Positions 63,932 to 64,000 of a stretch of 64,000 nt of DNA are shown one piece after another; positions within the stretch are counted from its first letter, which is position 1; each line of letters starts with the position of its first letter. The translations under genes and the position numbers were made by a program. The stretch is taken from assembly GCA_963745025.1 (NCBI GenBank), contig CAVUWD010000018.1, forward strand, positions 1 through 64,000, written 5' to 3'. The notes beneath the pieces are model-generated. The model saw nothing but the letters and a program-made list of their open reading frames with translations. It did no database searches and was not told the DNA's origin. Source of the stretch: an uncultured delta proteobacterium. Its GTDB lineage: Bacteria > Desulfobacterota > Binatia > JACPRU01.

Positions 63932-64000
63932 GGCAAGAGCGGGCTTCACCGCGCTTAGGGATTGGCCGGCGGCTGCGCGGCCCTTGTCTCACAAGGGTTT

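Overview
High-GC bacterial chromosome segment, densely coding. Gene content is compatible with a Deltaproteobacteria-like lineage such as Candidatus Binatota (inference only). From left to right: pxpBCA 5-oxoprolinase convergent with a gamma-glutamylcyclotransferase; mobA; an M23 lipoprotein; an osmoprotectant-type ABC transporter divergent from egtD; a patatin; an M48 protease; a sigma54-driven type IV pilin; assorted oxidoreductases; a 1364-aa membrane protein; an arsenic cluster (arsR, ArsI/CadI-like, arsM, acr3, AhpD-like, ECF sigma); a degraded accessory region at ~33.9-40.4 kb (higBA, IS110 and integrase remnants, a tRNA-Arg-like att fragment, an 85-bp direct repeat); frameshifted metH; apaG; a sigma54 operon of 2TM-domain kinase, NtrC-type regulator and PspA; typA. 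The most striking unexplained signal is a ~168-bp dyad-symmetric triple-hairpin element in three intergenic copies (2241-2410, 7675-7843, 46725-46891). Its 18-bp stems differ in sequence between copies but keep base pairing, while loops, linkers and spacing are conserved. No rRNA, intact tRNA or CRISPR array was seen. All calls come from reading motifs by eye; no database searches were run.
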